From Chlorokybus atmophyticus (lineage: Eukaryota > Plantae > Mesostigma and Chlorokybus algae), in the NCBI GenBank assembly GCA_009103225.1, contig RHPI01000797.1, forward strand, positions 681,064-745,063: 64,000 nucleotides of DNA, in the 5' to 3' direction. The notes beneath the pieces are model-generated. The model saw nothing but the letters and a program-made list of their open reading frames with translations, had not been told where the DNA came from and ran no database searches. Within the stretch, counting starts at the first letter, position 1. Each line of letters starts with the position of its first letter. This document shows, piece after piece, positions 29,736 through 41,639 of the stretch. The position numbers were made by a program, and so were the translations under genes.

Positions 29736-32700
29736 TCAAGTAACGCTGGCCAGCAGTGACTTCAGTTTCTTCATTTTGTTGTCCTGTTAAGCATAGCCAC
29801 AACGGTCAGGTCTCATTTAAACTGTAAATACTAAAGCTGGAGGGCTTCTCTTCGACGTCACGCACCTGCTGAAGAGCCACCATCCTTTGTGCTGCCTCTT
29901 GAAGCTGCGGCTCGCATCTCTGCTGCACCTCTTCCAGGTACTTCTCTTGTTGGCGTTCTGCAGGTAATAAAAGTCCAGAGTTGACATCAATAAGGAGCAT
30001 GTACTTATTGCTCTTTATCTTGACCAACATCATCAAACAACGGTTCTAGATTGCTTGCGTGTGTATATGCATGGTGCGTACTGTGCTTTTTAGTTTGGAG
30101 CAGCAGGGTTTGCGCAGCATCTTCACACATTGTCTTAAGCTGCCCGTACTCCTGCATTTTCTTGTCATACTCCGCCTTGAATCGCACCACAAGTTCTTGA
30201 ACACTGGCGCCATGCTCTGCACAAGCAAACACGTCCTTCATGAGGGTGGTCGGACAGGTATGGTGCAAGGTTGCCTTTGATGTCACAATCAAGTACCTTG
30301 CAGTTGCTTGTCCAAACCATGTAATGTCCTCTTTGCCTGCCGGAGTTGGTTCTCCCTGCGAATGCAACATGTTGGTTCTGGTTAAGTTCACATGTGATGC
30401 AGTCAGCATACGTTTGTTCATGAACAGCTGTCTCGGTGCGTTCCAGCTGGTCTTTGACAGCGCCTTGCACCGCTGTTATGACACCATTCATGCGTGCTTG
30501 GTTCTCCTTTCTGGCCTTCTTCTTGATCTTGTTCAGCATGGCAACCAAGGCCACGACCTCACCCCTGATGACAGCTGTGGAGATTAGTGTAGCGCACGAT
30601 ATGCACATGAGGTGCTCATAACGCAGATAATGGAAGCTTGGCTGAGCGCGGAAGAGTTAAATACGCAGCTTGAGCTTACCCTTCCCCTTCGCCATCCAAA
30701 ACAAGCTCTGCATTGCAATGTCCTCAGTCAGTCAGCGCAAGGTATGTTCTGGCCATTGCATCAGTACTACAGTAACATCTTACTCGCCTTTGAGTGTTGA
30801 GCTGCCATTGGATGTCTGTGCAACATCGTTGTCTTCATCGGAACTGGACATCAGTCTTTTCCGTTTGATTGTCAATGGAGATGAAGAGAAAGCCTTCATG
30901 ATTGGCAGCGTTCTTGCTGAAAAATCCACTCGTAGACCTGCGGCATGTATACTTGGTGCAAAACGTTCCTCGCTGTGGTCTTCATCGGACTCACTCCCAC
31001 TGCCAGCATCGTTGCGCAATGTGGGCACGCTTGGGCTGTCTTCCCGCGCCCAATCTTGTGGCACGTTAGGGATCAAGCATGATCATGTGATGGGTGTTGG
31101 TTTGGATGTCTGTCAGCAACTTGACAGCAAACACTGACATGACATATACATCCAACAAGCATCACAGCTGCTGACGTGACATGCCTCGCCCAACACGACC
31201 ACAACAACCAGAGAGGATATTGGTAACTGGAAGGTGGGATGTGCAGTGGGAGCGACAGCACTGGTGTTGATGGCAGATCTCAGCTGCAAGCCGGGCTTCT
31301 TGCGGGATGGGCCGCGCTCTACAACCGGAAGGGGACTGGACAGTGTGTCGGGTTGTGAAGGCATGTTGTCAAATAGTGGTGCCCGAGCAGGACCTGCTTT
31401 GCTTCGCTTGTGTATCAAGAAGTGATTTGAACAATCATGTGCATCCTGCCTGCGCTTGCCATCTGGGACATCTTGGTACCGGTTCTCCTTTTCAGCCTCG
31501 TCAGCATCACCATGTTGTGCTGTCTTCAATGGTGACAACGCCTTGTGTGGGTGACTTCGCAGAGAGGCAGTCTTGGCTTGCTGCTCCGTGTGCCGTGCGC
31601 CAGCACTTGCAGAAGCAGCCAAGTCGCTAACAGATTGCGCAGATTGCGCACTGATTGGCCGCTGCTGGTCATGTTGTGGTTGTTTGCCACCGGGTGGGGA
31701 AGGAGGGGAAGGCCACTTGGCCTGTAGCTCCGCTTGCTCAGTTTCAGCCCCTTGGAATGTTACCAGATCATCTGCAGGCTGTGCAGTGGTGGTGCGGAGA
31801 TGATGCTCTTCGTTGGGTGCATCATTGCCACAAGACTGATCTTTGCCTGTTGCCTGTTGTTGGATGTGCAAGCTTGCACAGATCTGTGTCGCCTTCAAGC
31901 TTACTGCACCTGATTCAGAGACCATACGTACTTCGCTGAATTTTGTGGTGCGCACAGCTGTGTTGACCGTAGCTGCATTATCGGTCAAAGGCCAGTCCAC
32001 TGTGTGGCCTCTGCTGGCTTGCTCGAACAGTGTAGAGGCGGGTGGTGCCTGCCGCTCAAGGACTTTTAACTGAGAGTCCTTGATTGCAGGTTGCTCTCTA
32101 GCAGCATGGGACGGTTCTGCTCGGCTTGCACCAACTGTGGCAGGTTCATCCGCGCATCGCACATGATCGGACACAGTCGTTTGATGCATGTGGAGTTGAC
32201 TGGCGTCTGGCTCAGGCGGGGTACTTGCTTGCGTAGGCACCTCCGCTGCATGTTCTGGTGTTGCACATAGTTGATCAATGTCTAGCTGCGTTGCTGGCGC
32301 ATCGTCAGCTTGCAGATCAGGCCTGTTTGTTTTGGGTGGTGCATCGCGCGGCAAGTCACGGGGTTTGCTGCTCGGTGTCTGCACTGGTAGTTTGCTGCGT
32401 TGCAGTGCAAACTTGCCAGCGCGAGCCGCTGTGCTTGGCTCTGAGTCCTTTCGCAAGGCTGACCTGGGCGTGCTTTTGCTGCGTGCTCTGGCTCCCAACG
32501 TGCTCCTCCTCTGCCTGCTTGTGCTGCGCACAGGCTTAACCGCAGGTGCTGTCTCCTTGCTGGTCTGGGCTTCGGTGGCTGCGCGCTTGAGAGCTGCAGC
32601 TATAGATTGCCGAGCTTGTGTAAAAGCACCACTATGTAGCGAACTGGAACCCGGTGCAGCTGGCGTAGCCACAGGCTTGCTACGTGCCTTGTCATCCAGC

Positions 32701-35700
32701 TTGGCGTCAGAGTTTGCTGCCGTTCTGATTGGACGAAGCGTAGGTTGCTGGTTGATGACAACGGCTGGCTCAGCTTCTGATGGTATGTCGTTGTCTTGAG
32801 TTCCGCCAGCAAGAATGCTGTCCAGCAAGTTGGTGGTCGCTGGCTTTGGCTTCCCAAATGCATCAACTGATTGCACAGAGGTGCGCGGCTGCTCGACAAT
32901 GTGTTGGCTGGAAACAGGCTCAACAGCCTGGGCTGGCCTGTCCGCTGGCTGACCATGGGTACCTGCAGTTGTTGGTTTGGGCAAATCATTGAGACGCGGT
33001 GACCTTCGCTTGGGCCGGGCGAAGATGTCAGCAACAGCGCCAGTAGCAAATATCCTGCTTGGCCGCCCTGACTTACAGTGCTCGCCACCTTCTGGAGGTG
33101 ACACCTTATCTGGTGCAGTCCTTGCCGAAGTTGTGCCAGCTTGTGGTGGATGCTCGGCGGTTGGCGGAGGAGGAATTGCGAACTTCCTCGATCGTCCACG
33201 GGGCCGTCGCTGTTGAGTCATAGGGACAGGCACAGCTGGCTGGTCAGCTGCAAGACCTTGCACGTTTGCGCCCTTGCGAGGAAGACTCGGTGGTGCAGTG
33301 ACCTGAGGGATGTCAGCAGGGCTGCGTTGTCCGTCAATATGTGCACCGGCATGCTCTGCTGAGGGTAACATGTCATGAGCTTCGGCAACATGGTGAGCGG
33401 TCGGCAAGATAATTGGTGGTGATGGATGGCAGGGTTGTGAGGCGTCAATCAGTAAGTCATCACCTCCGGCAGGTTCTGCAGGAGCAGGCGCAGTTGTTTC
33501 CTTCTGCACATCAGACTTGTCTACAACTGTATTTCCTTGAGTCAGCGGCTCCACCGGGTTGCTGTCAGGCTCTATGGTGTCACGGTCTGCAGATAAAGCC
33601 TGCTCCGTTTGCAACAACACCACAGACAACCGCTCGCTGACAGTAGGCTTGTGTGTTGGTTTCAGAGTCAGAGCTGGCATGTGCGAGCTTCGGCGGAGGC
33701 GCGCGGGTGCTGGCATGATGCCCACAGAGCATTTGACGCCAACCAGGCTGACATCACTGGTTTGAACAGCAGCACTTGGCGAAAGCAGTAAGATGGCATC
33801 TGCACCATCAGCTTCCTTAGGCACCCGTATTTCCTGCACGTAAACACCTTGTGTTGAAAGGTGCTCACGTGAAACAGTAGTAGTAACACCTGTTTCTCAA
33901 ATCTTTGGCTCACCCGTTTCAACATTTGCTGGCGTATGCGAGGGACAACCATCCGCGCTATTGCAGCTGCATCTGTTCGCGATATACACTGTAAGCAAGT
34001 TTAGATGATGTGGATGTGGACAAGACCACTGACCAGCATCGGTTCAGTGTTTGTTGCCAGGTCTGTGACATGCTGCATGCAAGTCATTGAGCCCTTGCAG
34101 TCAGAGAACTCACCTGTTGGAGCCGTCTCTATCCTAAGCAACCGTAGATCGGTGTCTGGTGCTCCACCCTGTGCACAAGATCTATTGGGCTTGGACCTTA
34201 TGCGTAAACTCTAGAAGCTGCAGCTTGAACTGAAGCAGCCATTGTCAAGTCCACACCTGATTGCAGTTGACGAGTTGCTCTGGTACTTTGCGTAGAAAGA
34301 GTTCAAGCCCATTGGGTGAGTGCTCTGCCAACAAGTCGCGATGTCATGCGAGTCCGTATCAAACACCAGCAGAATTTTGTGCACGCATGACCGGCCCCCT
34401 TCCAGTACGCTGCAGGCAAACTATTGTGCAAATGCTGTGAAAGGTTGAGCATGGTGGTGCATACCTTGTACTGCGAGCACCTGACTGTACAGTACATCAA
34501 CAGCATAGGGCGAGTCATCTCCATCCTCCTGTGTATGGGCATTGTGTCCCAATGTCACTGCGGTGTCCGCTATGTGGCCAACACTGGTTGCAGCTGCCAT
34601 ATGCTGAAAACCGCCTTACCTGAACCTTGGAAGCTTGAACACGCAAGGTCAGATGGTCGGCGCCAAAATCTATCCACTTGTCTGTTCCCAATGCCTCAAA
34701 GTCTCCAAATGCAGCTCGCAGCGCCAGGAAGGAGTTCACCCTGACAGAGTTGTTTGTGTTTAACACGTGCTAGCTACTGATGCACAACTATAGATCTTAC
34801 GCAAAAAGGAGTGTACAAACAGGTTGGCTAATTGTGTCATGACTGGTGACACTTACGTTGCCTTCTCTTTCTGTGCAGCATTTATCCCGTTGACGATGTT
34901 CCTCAGTGCTTGCACCAGTCTGGGCTTCTTAATCTCAAGAAGCTTGTGAAAAGCCTTGCGCGCTTCTGAAGATGTGAGTATATCTTTCCGCTGCAACAGG
35001 TCCTGCTGTCTTCTTGACAAACGGTACAGCAGTTCTGCAAGGCTAGCTTGCAGGTTGTAATCTCCACAAGCAGGAAGAATCTTGAACACTGAAGCACTGC
35101 GAGTTGAGGCCTCACTTCAATCAAGGTCAAGAGTTTTTCGCATTTCTACAGCTGTCCGTCTGTGCGCTTACACTGGACAACAACCCACAAGCCCCGTTGG
35201 CTACATGCAAGGGATGCCAACATGTTGGCAAACAACAGTGTTGACGTCAATTGCCCCTGGTTGCACTCCCCACTCCCCTCCTAGAGTTGCGAAAACACGT
35301 ACTTGGGTTTGATGTTCTGAAGCAGCCACTCCTGGTTCCTTGGTGACTGTGTGACAAGCTCTATCAGCGTGTCTGCCACAGCTCGTCGTAGTGCGAAGTC
35401 TCTCTGCTGCAGCAGTACTAGCGGTAGCCGTGCGATGAACACATCCCCCAACTTCGTCTTGGCTGCAAGCGCACAAGGGTGATGTCATACTAGGCATCCA
35501 GAATTTCAATGACAATGGAAGCAACAGGGAATGTAGCAAAATGCCACTGGCATATGCAGGGTTATTGCGAGTGCCTTGCAACATGAACATCTATGAACAC
35601 TTCACGACAAGGCCAGCCATAGCTGCCAGCATCGCGCAACATGTCACCTTCCGTTGTCTGGCACAAGTCTTCTACAGCATTGAGCACACTTTCCGCGGCA

Positions 35701-36079
35701 CTCAAAGCCTGGACGTTGCCGCTGCTCCGTGCCAGAAGTGTGTCGAAGGTTTCTGCAAGGACTTGGACAATGTTTGCGTCCAGCAGCAGCTTGCCAGCAG
35801 ACGCTTTCAGAGATAAATTGGACACGGCTTTCAGGAGACGCCTCAAGAGTCCATAGTCACTGTTAGATCGCCGCTGCGCCTGCATATGCATATGCAAAGC
35901 ACTCACAGAACGCTTGATAGTATACAGTGCTTGCCAGTGTCTGCCAACCCCCAGCTGTCACTGAAGTTCAGAAGCCTTACCGCAGCAATTGCGCCTGTCA
36001 GCCGACGTACACAGGAAGCATTGAGGGTCACCGGTTCATTCTTCTCAAGCGCAACCACCAGATCTGGCAGCTGCTCCAT
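29736..36079 (-). CDS. SYCP2-like: SYCP2/Red1/ASY3-type meiotic chromosome axis core protein (ARM-like + PH-like + long disordered linker + C-terminal coiled coil)
   Basis: ILPACGDYNLQASLAELLYRL resembles the SYCP2 ARM motif (ILDAGDYDLQVGITEALCRM, from memory). VNSFLALRAAFG..KWIDFGADHLTL resembles the SYCP2 PH domain (VFTFPC..FWIDFN). A ~900-aa S/P/T/A-rich exon (33839-31113) follows, then coiled-coil exons ending DNKMKKLKSLLASVT*. Some middle exon boundaries (33990-34260, 30600-31150) are unresolved. Confidence 0.72.
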
Positions 36080-38966
36080 GACTTCCACTGGGATGTCACC
36101 GGGGCTTCATCCGACGTGGCGCTGAATAGCAAGAGTCTTGTTGGTAGCCGGTACACATTATACATGGGTAACTTTCCATCAAGCAGCTCAGCTGTGCTTG
36201 ACTGCAATCATTAACAGCGTTACAGTAGTGCTGTGCACGTGCACAGCATGTTGTCCAGCATGTGATCACATACTGCACTGCGCTTGGGTACATGGCACTG
36301 TACTAATGATGAAGACGTTGTCGACGACTCTCACAAGAATAAGGTGAAATCTGGGGCACAAACACTGGACGTTGCAACAAACGTGTGCAATAGCACTAGT
36401 GCTGTGTCCCTCTCTTCCCCGCAACACTGCACTCATTTAGCACGGCAGGGTTCACTGGTACACTACAAGAACGTCCAACAGCCAATATCAAGTTGACACA
36501 GAAGGCCTTCATACATGTCACCTCTAGTCTGCATGCATGCAGCGCACGTGCGTGCTGTCATCAGCTTCACTGGCAGCAAGGCCGTCACAGCCACTGACGC
36601 CCGCAGCGCACATGCACAACCATGCACGCGCAGAAGCCCAAAGTACCCGCAATTCCAACCAAATAGCGCTAAGCTAGCGAGGTCTTCACAACCGCCACCA
36701 CCACCGCCGCCGCCGCCACCGCCAGCACAGCCACCACTGAGCACCACCGTCACCGCCAGCACAGCCACCACTGAGCAGAGAGTACGCCAGCATGGCGGGC
36801 AAAGCGCCACGGTCAACAATTGGACACGGACCGAAGTCTAGTCGGTCTTGATTCGCAATGTTTGCGCGAGAGGTAAGAATGACACCAGTCACGAGCTGTC
36901 GTTTGTAATGACGAGGAAAACACTTAGCCGGCGGCAACAAGAGGTTGCATGGCGAGAGACAAAGCAGCGAACTGCCTACGTTTCGGTTTAGCTTGAGCTC
37001 AGCCTGAAGCTTGCCGCTGGCATGGTGGCGGGACGAGGCTGCGTGGCTTGCGTAGCTTTTCTTACCCCAGCTTGCTTAGGCTGGCATTGCATGGTGCAAG
37101 TGTGCAGCTCATAATGTGCCTGGTGTGGGTCTGCGGGGCAAGCGCTGGTGGTGACTGTGGTGCTGCGCAGCTTGGTCGTACTACTACGGCAGACACGTTA
37201 CATGCCGCTGGTTTTTGATGTATATAGCCTTATCAGCCCATACCCCGGTAAGCGGCATGCTGGTTGCCTTGCGTTGTTGCATGTTGGAGTTTGGCAAACG
37301 CTTTGCTGGTTGGGTCTGTTCTCAAGATCTCTCAGCACAACCTGCTGAAAACGTGACACTTGTTGATGTTGGCACAGCATGCTGATGTCAACAGCCAGTT
37401 TCAAAGCAAATGTATAGCAGATTAAGAGTCACCACACGCCGTATGTGGTAGTCTGCTGTAGTTTTGTAACCAACTTGCGTAGAAAGCCGAGTACTGGCAG
37501 TACTCTGATAGAAGGTTGCTCCCATTACGCTTCCAGAGACAACGGTTCGACTTGCCATGCACAGCTTACAAGCAACAGCTGCTTGACGCTGGCCAGCGAT
37601 GCCATCCACTGTGTATATTTTATACGTTCGTGTATGCGCCACTTTGTAGTTGAAAGACCCAGAACTAACTTGGTGTTGTCATGCTGCATGTACATGGTCT
37701 GGTTGGAGCAGCATTGTTAACAGATTTAGAGTCTCCACCAATGCACTTTACGCAGCCAATTGTACGTATATGCTCAGCCTGTGCTGTTGATACGTTACCT
37801 CGAGCCAAGTTTTCGCCTGGTGTAGGTACATGCACATGCGTGTGCACGCAATGCTGCCATTACACAACCATGAAACTACACATGCAGACAACTCAAGAAC
37901 AGCCACAAGCCAAACATTACGTGTGCTGGTAGCCATGCAGACAGCCAGCTTATGTGCCGCCATGTGTTGGATATGAAGCCAAACTGCGCGTAGACCTACT
38001 ATCCATGCAACCAAGGTACACTTAAGGTGCGGCAACCGCGCAAACTCGTGGTGCATTTATTTGTGTGTACTAAAGTGAGATGTTGACATCTGTACAGTGC
38101 AAGCCTGCCAAGCAAACTCAGAACCAACCAACGTCCTGCTGGTTGCAGCCCTGCTGCTATGACTGGCACCTCTGCACCTCCAGCCAGTCCACAACTAACT
38201 GGCGATCAGCTTGCAAGCGTTAGTTGCAGTATCATAGCCTTTATGCTGTTCACAGCGAAGATCATGTTAATGCTGTTCACTCTGCGCAGGTTTACTGAAC
38301 AGAGTCGAACTTGAAGCTGGCTGAGAAGTGCTTACCTCAGCAACGGACACAACACATGGAATGAGTTGATAATTGGACTAATGCCACTCCACAGACTGCG
38401 GTATGTCGAAGTGGTACACTGCAGATTGATGCCACGCAGCATGCGAGCAGCAGCACATGCAGTAGGTATAACCTGAGCGGCCGGCATGGGCATCGTCCGA
38501 TCAGCTGCATGGGCTGCTGCACGTTACAGACAGATCAATACGTATGTCCATTGCTGGTTGTTAGTGCTGTGTAAAGAAGTCCTAAATATCAATGTGTGGA
38601 ATGCTTGCAGATTGGGGACTTGGGCCAGCCCATAGTCCTTGTCTTAGTTGTGCTTGTCTCGGCTGCGGTTGTGTTTGGATTGACTGTGCCTATTGACTAA
38701 GTGTATGTGCATGCGTGCCATTGTGACCCACACAACACCCCTGTAATTTGTGCCTACACGAAAGTGCAAGCTGTTGGTGCGCGGACCAAGCAGCTGCTGC
38801 TATCCTTTGCATGCCCTTGGTCAAAGCAGTCTGCCACGAAGCGCCTGCCCTTGCCAGGCATGACTTTTCTTGTCATCACCCAGTACAACTTTTGCCAGCA
38901 GTTCACGCAGTGTCTACATGACGCAACTGGCATGCAAGTGACACTGGTAGCAGTCAGAGGGCTTGC

Positions 38967-41443
38967 TTAATCAAGGTCACCAATCAGCTCATGCTTGCTG
39001 ATGGGTTTTGCAGGGTCTGACCCAGCACTGTCGCTGGAGTGCACAGATTTTGACTTAACCCTCAGCTTCCCATCCCTATCAGGTCTAGACCTGGACCTAG
39101 ACCGCGACCTGGATTTGGATCTGGACCTGGACCTGGACCTGGACCTGGATCTGGATCTGGACCTGGACCTGGACCTAGATCTAGACCTGGAGTGAGATCT
39201 TGAGCGTGACTTCCTCCCACTCTCCTCCCGCGGTTGTCGCCTGCGTGGACTCCTGCTGGGACTCCTTCTTCTTTGAGGACTCCGGCTTCTTCTGGTATCT
39301 CTGCGGTAGCGAAAGGGGCTTCTATCAGCATCATCAGCGCCTCCTCCAGTGGGGGGCCCGAGGCGGCGGCGCAGTGGTGAAGCGAGACGCCCTCTGCTGT
39401 AGCGGTCCCTCTCGCCGCCACGTTTATCGTCTTCCGCGTACTCGTCACGATCATCGCGAGGCGGGGTTTTGTACCGGCGAGCATAGGAGAACTCCGTGCT
39501 AAAGCCTCGACCACGGCGGACACGACCGGAAGGAGACACTTGGCGAATCGGCGCGGGTTTGGGAGGCGGCTGAGGCTCCGCATTTGCAACAACAGCAGCG
39601 TCCTTGGCGGCACCTTTGTTGTTGTCCTCCTTCTCGGCATGGTCAGCATCGTGCTTAGACTTCTTCTTGTGCCTGAAGCAAACAGCGGACAATGTAACTT
39701 CGGATAGTGTATGCATGTCCAAGGGGCCATGGCGCATGTAAGGAGAGGCGGCTAGACGACAAGCTTACTTGTCTTTTTTGTCCTTTTTGCTTCGCTTCTT
39801 CTCCTTGAGCGTCTTCTTTGTCTTTTTGACCTTCTTCTCCTTCTCCTTCCTCTTCTTCCTCCTGCGCCTCTCTTCTTCGCTGCTGCTGGTGCTTACACTG
39901 CTGTCACTACCGCTGCATGCGCCAACACACAGTTGCCTCAGGGCAAGCATGCATGTGCAACAGCTCTTGACTTCAAGGCAAGCACGCATGAGCTTCAACC
40001 TCTTCAGGGAGTTATGTACCTGCTCGAGTCGGATTCGGACTCCGAGGACGAATGCGATACTGAGGACCTATCTGAATCCGACTCTGAATCAGAGGTGGAT
40101 TCTGACTCTGAACTCGATGCGTGCTTCTTCTTCCTCTTCTTGCTGTCCTTCTCGCTCTTGCCCTTGGATTTGCTCTTACTTTTACTCTTGCTCTTGCCCT
40201 CAATAGCAGCAACCTTCTTCTTCACCAGCTCTGTCACAACCATCATTTGAAAAAGCAAACCCAAGATTGCAAGCTCTACACTGCTCTCTGCCACTGGTTC
40301 AACAAACTACATGCCTTTGCCATTGTCAGTGGAGTCCTTCACCTCGCCGCAGTTGCTGATAACAACTGGCGCAAGCGGCTTGTCGCGCTTGTCAGTGGGC
40401 ACTTCGGCAATCTTCTTCACCACGTCCATGCCGCCAACAACCTTGCCGAACACCACATGCTTCCTGCCCAACAACATCAGCATCATGTGGAAAACACAAC
40501 AACTGCTCAATACAACATCTAGGTAAGCGTACCCGTCGAGGTGCGGGGTGGCTTTGAGCGTGATGAAGAACTGGCTGCCGTTGGTGTTCGGCCCCGCATT
40601 GGCCATGGAGAGCATGCCCTCACGGGTGTGGCTGAGCTCAAGACCCTTTGGCTCATCTGCAAACTTGCTGCCATAAACGCTCTCGCCTCCTGTCCCATCC
40701 TTATTGGAAAAGTCCCCTCCCTGGAAATGTGTTATGATATGCTCTTGGTACTGCAACTGGAGTGATATGGACTTGTTGCAAGCATGCAAGACCTGGATCA
40801 TGAAGTTGGGGATGACGCGATGAAACGGGCAGTGCTTGTACGCTAACGGAAGGCCGGTGACTTTGCCAACGCCTTTCTCGCCTGCAACACAAACCATGGC
40901 GTATTTGGTATAATCATGTTTGCCACTATGCATGAAGGCATTGACGGGTAGTAGACATGCAGAAACACTGCTCACCCGTGCATAGCGCCCGGAAGTTTTC
41001 CGCAGTCTTGGGCACAACAGACGCGTATAACTGCATATGTGAAGAGAAAAAGAAACGTTAGCAGCGACAATAACAAATAACTAGAAAGAAAGGTTGTTGG
41101 TTGGCAACAGTGTAAGCAAACGACATGCGCAGCACAACTACAACCGCAGCATGGTGGCTGTTGGGCATGACCACAACAGACACAAATGTCGTAGCAAGAG
41201 CAGTCAGTGCACGTAAATACCTTCACCACAAGCATTCAAAATGCAAGGTTCTGTGATACATGTCACATTGTGTGCAAGTACAAGTCTCAGGCCATTGCAT
41301 CCATGCTGCAGCAATACTGTGTGCAACATACATGCTATGACGATGCTATGACAATGCAAGGAACGAACCTGTATGACAATGCGTCCAGCAGGCTTGCCGC
41401 CTATCACAACGTCAAAGAAGACGCTGGGATCGGGCGGAGCCAT
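38967..41443 (-). CDS. Cyclophilin-type PPIase with K/S/E-rich and RS-repeat C-terminus (CYP63/PPIG-like)
   Basis: [81 protein letters not shown]. Final exon has an (SR)n tract encoded by a GACCTG-type hexamer repeat at about 39090-39195. Confidence 0.93.
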
Positions 41444-41639
41444 CTCGCCAGCGCCGCCAACACCCCTGCCGCCGCCGCCAACCAGCAACGGCTGTTCCCC
41501 GTCTGCAACGCTAACCCTACAATTGGGGCTCAGTTCAGAAGCTATGACCCCGTTTTGATGACCCTGATGGGTCCTTGAACCTCTCTCACCATTGGGGTCA
41601 CAACGCAAGGGCCCAAGCGGCGTCTGCTCTTCAGCTAGC

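Noticed and set aside
37544-37552. tRNA T-loop-like GGTTCGACT
   Set aside because: No T-stem pairing, A-box or cloverleaf around it.
37000-38900. Possible plus-strand exon fragments between the SYCP2-like gene and the cyclophilin
   Set aside because: Could not be joined in frame and no family motif was recognised; left unannotated.
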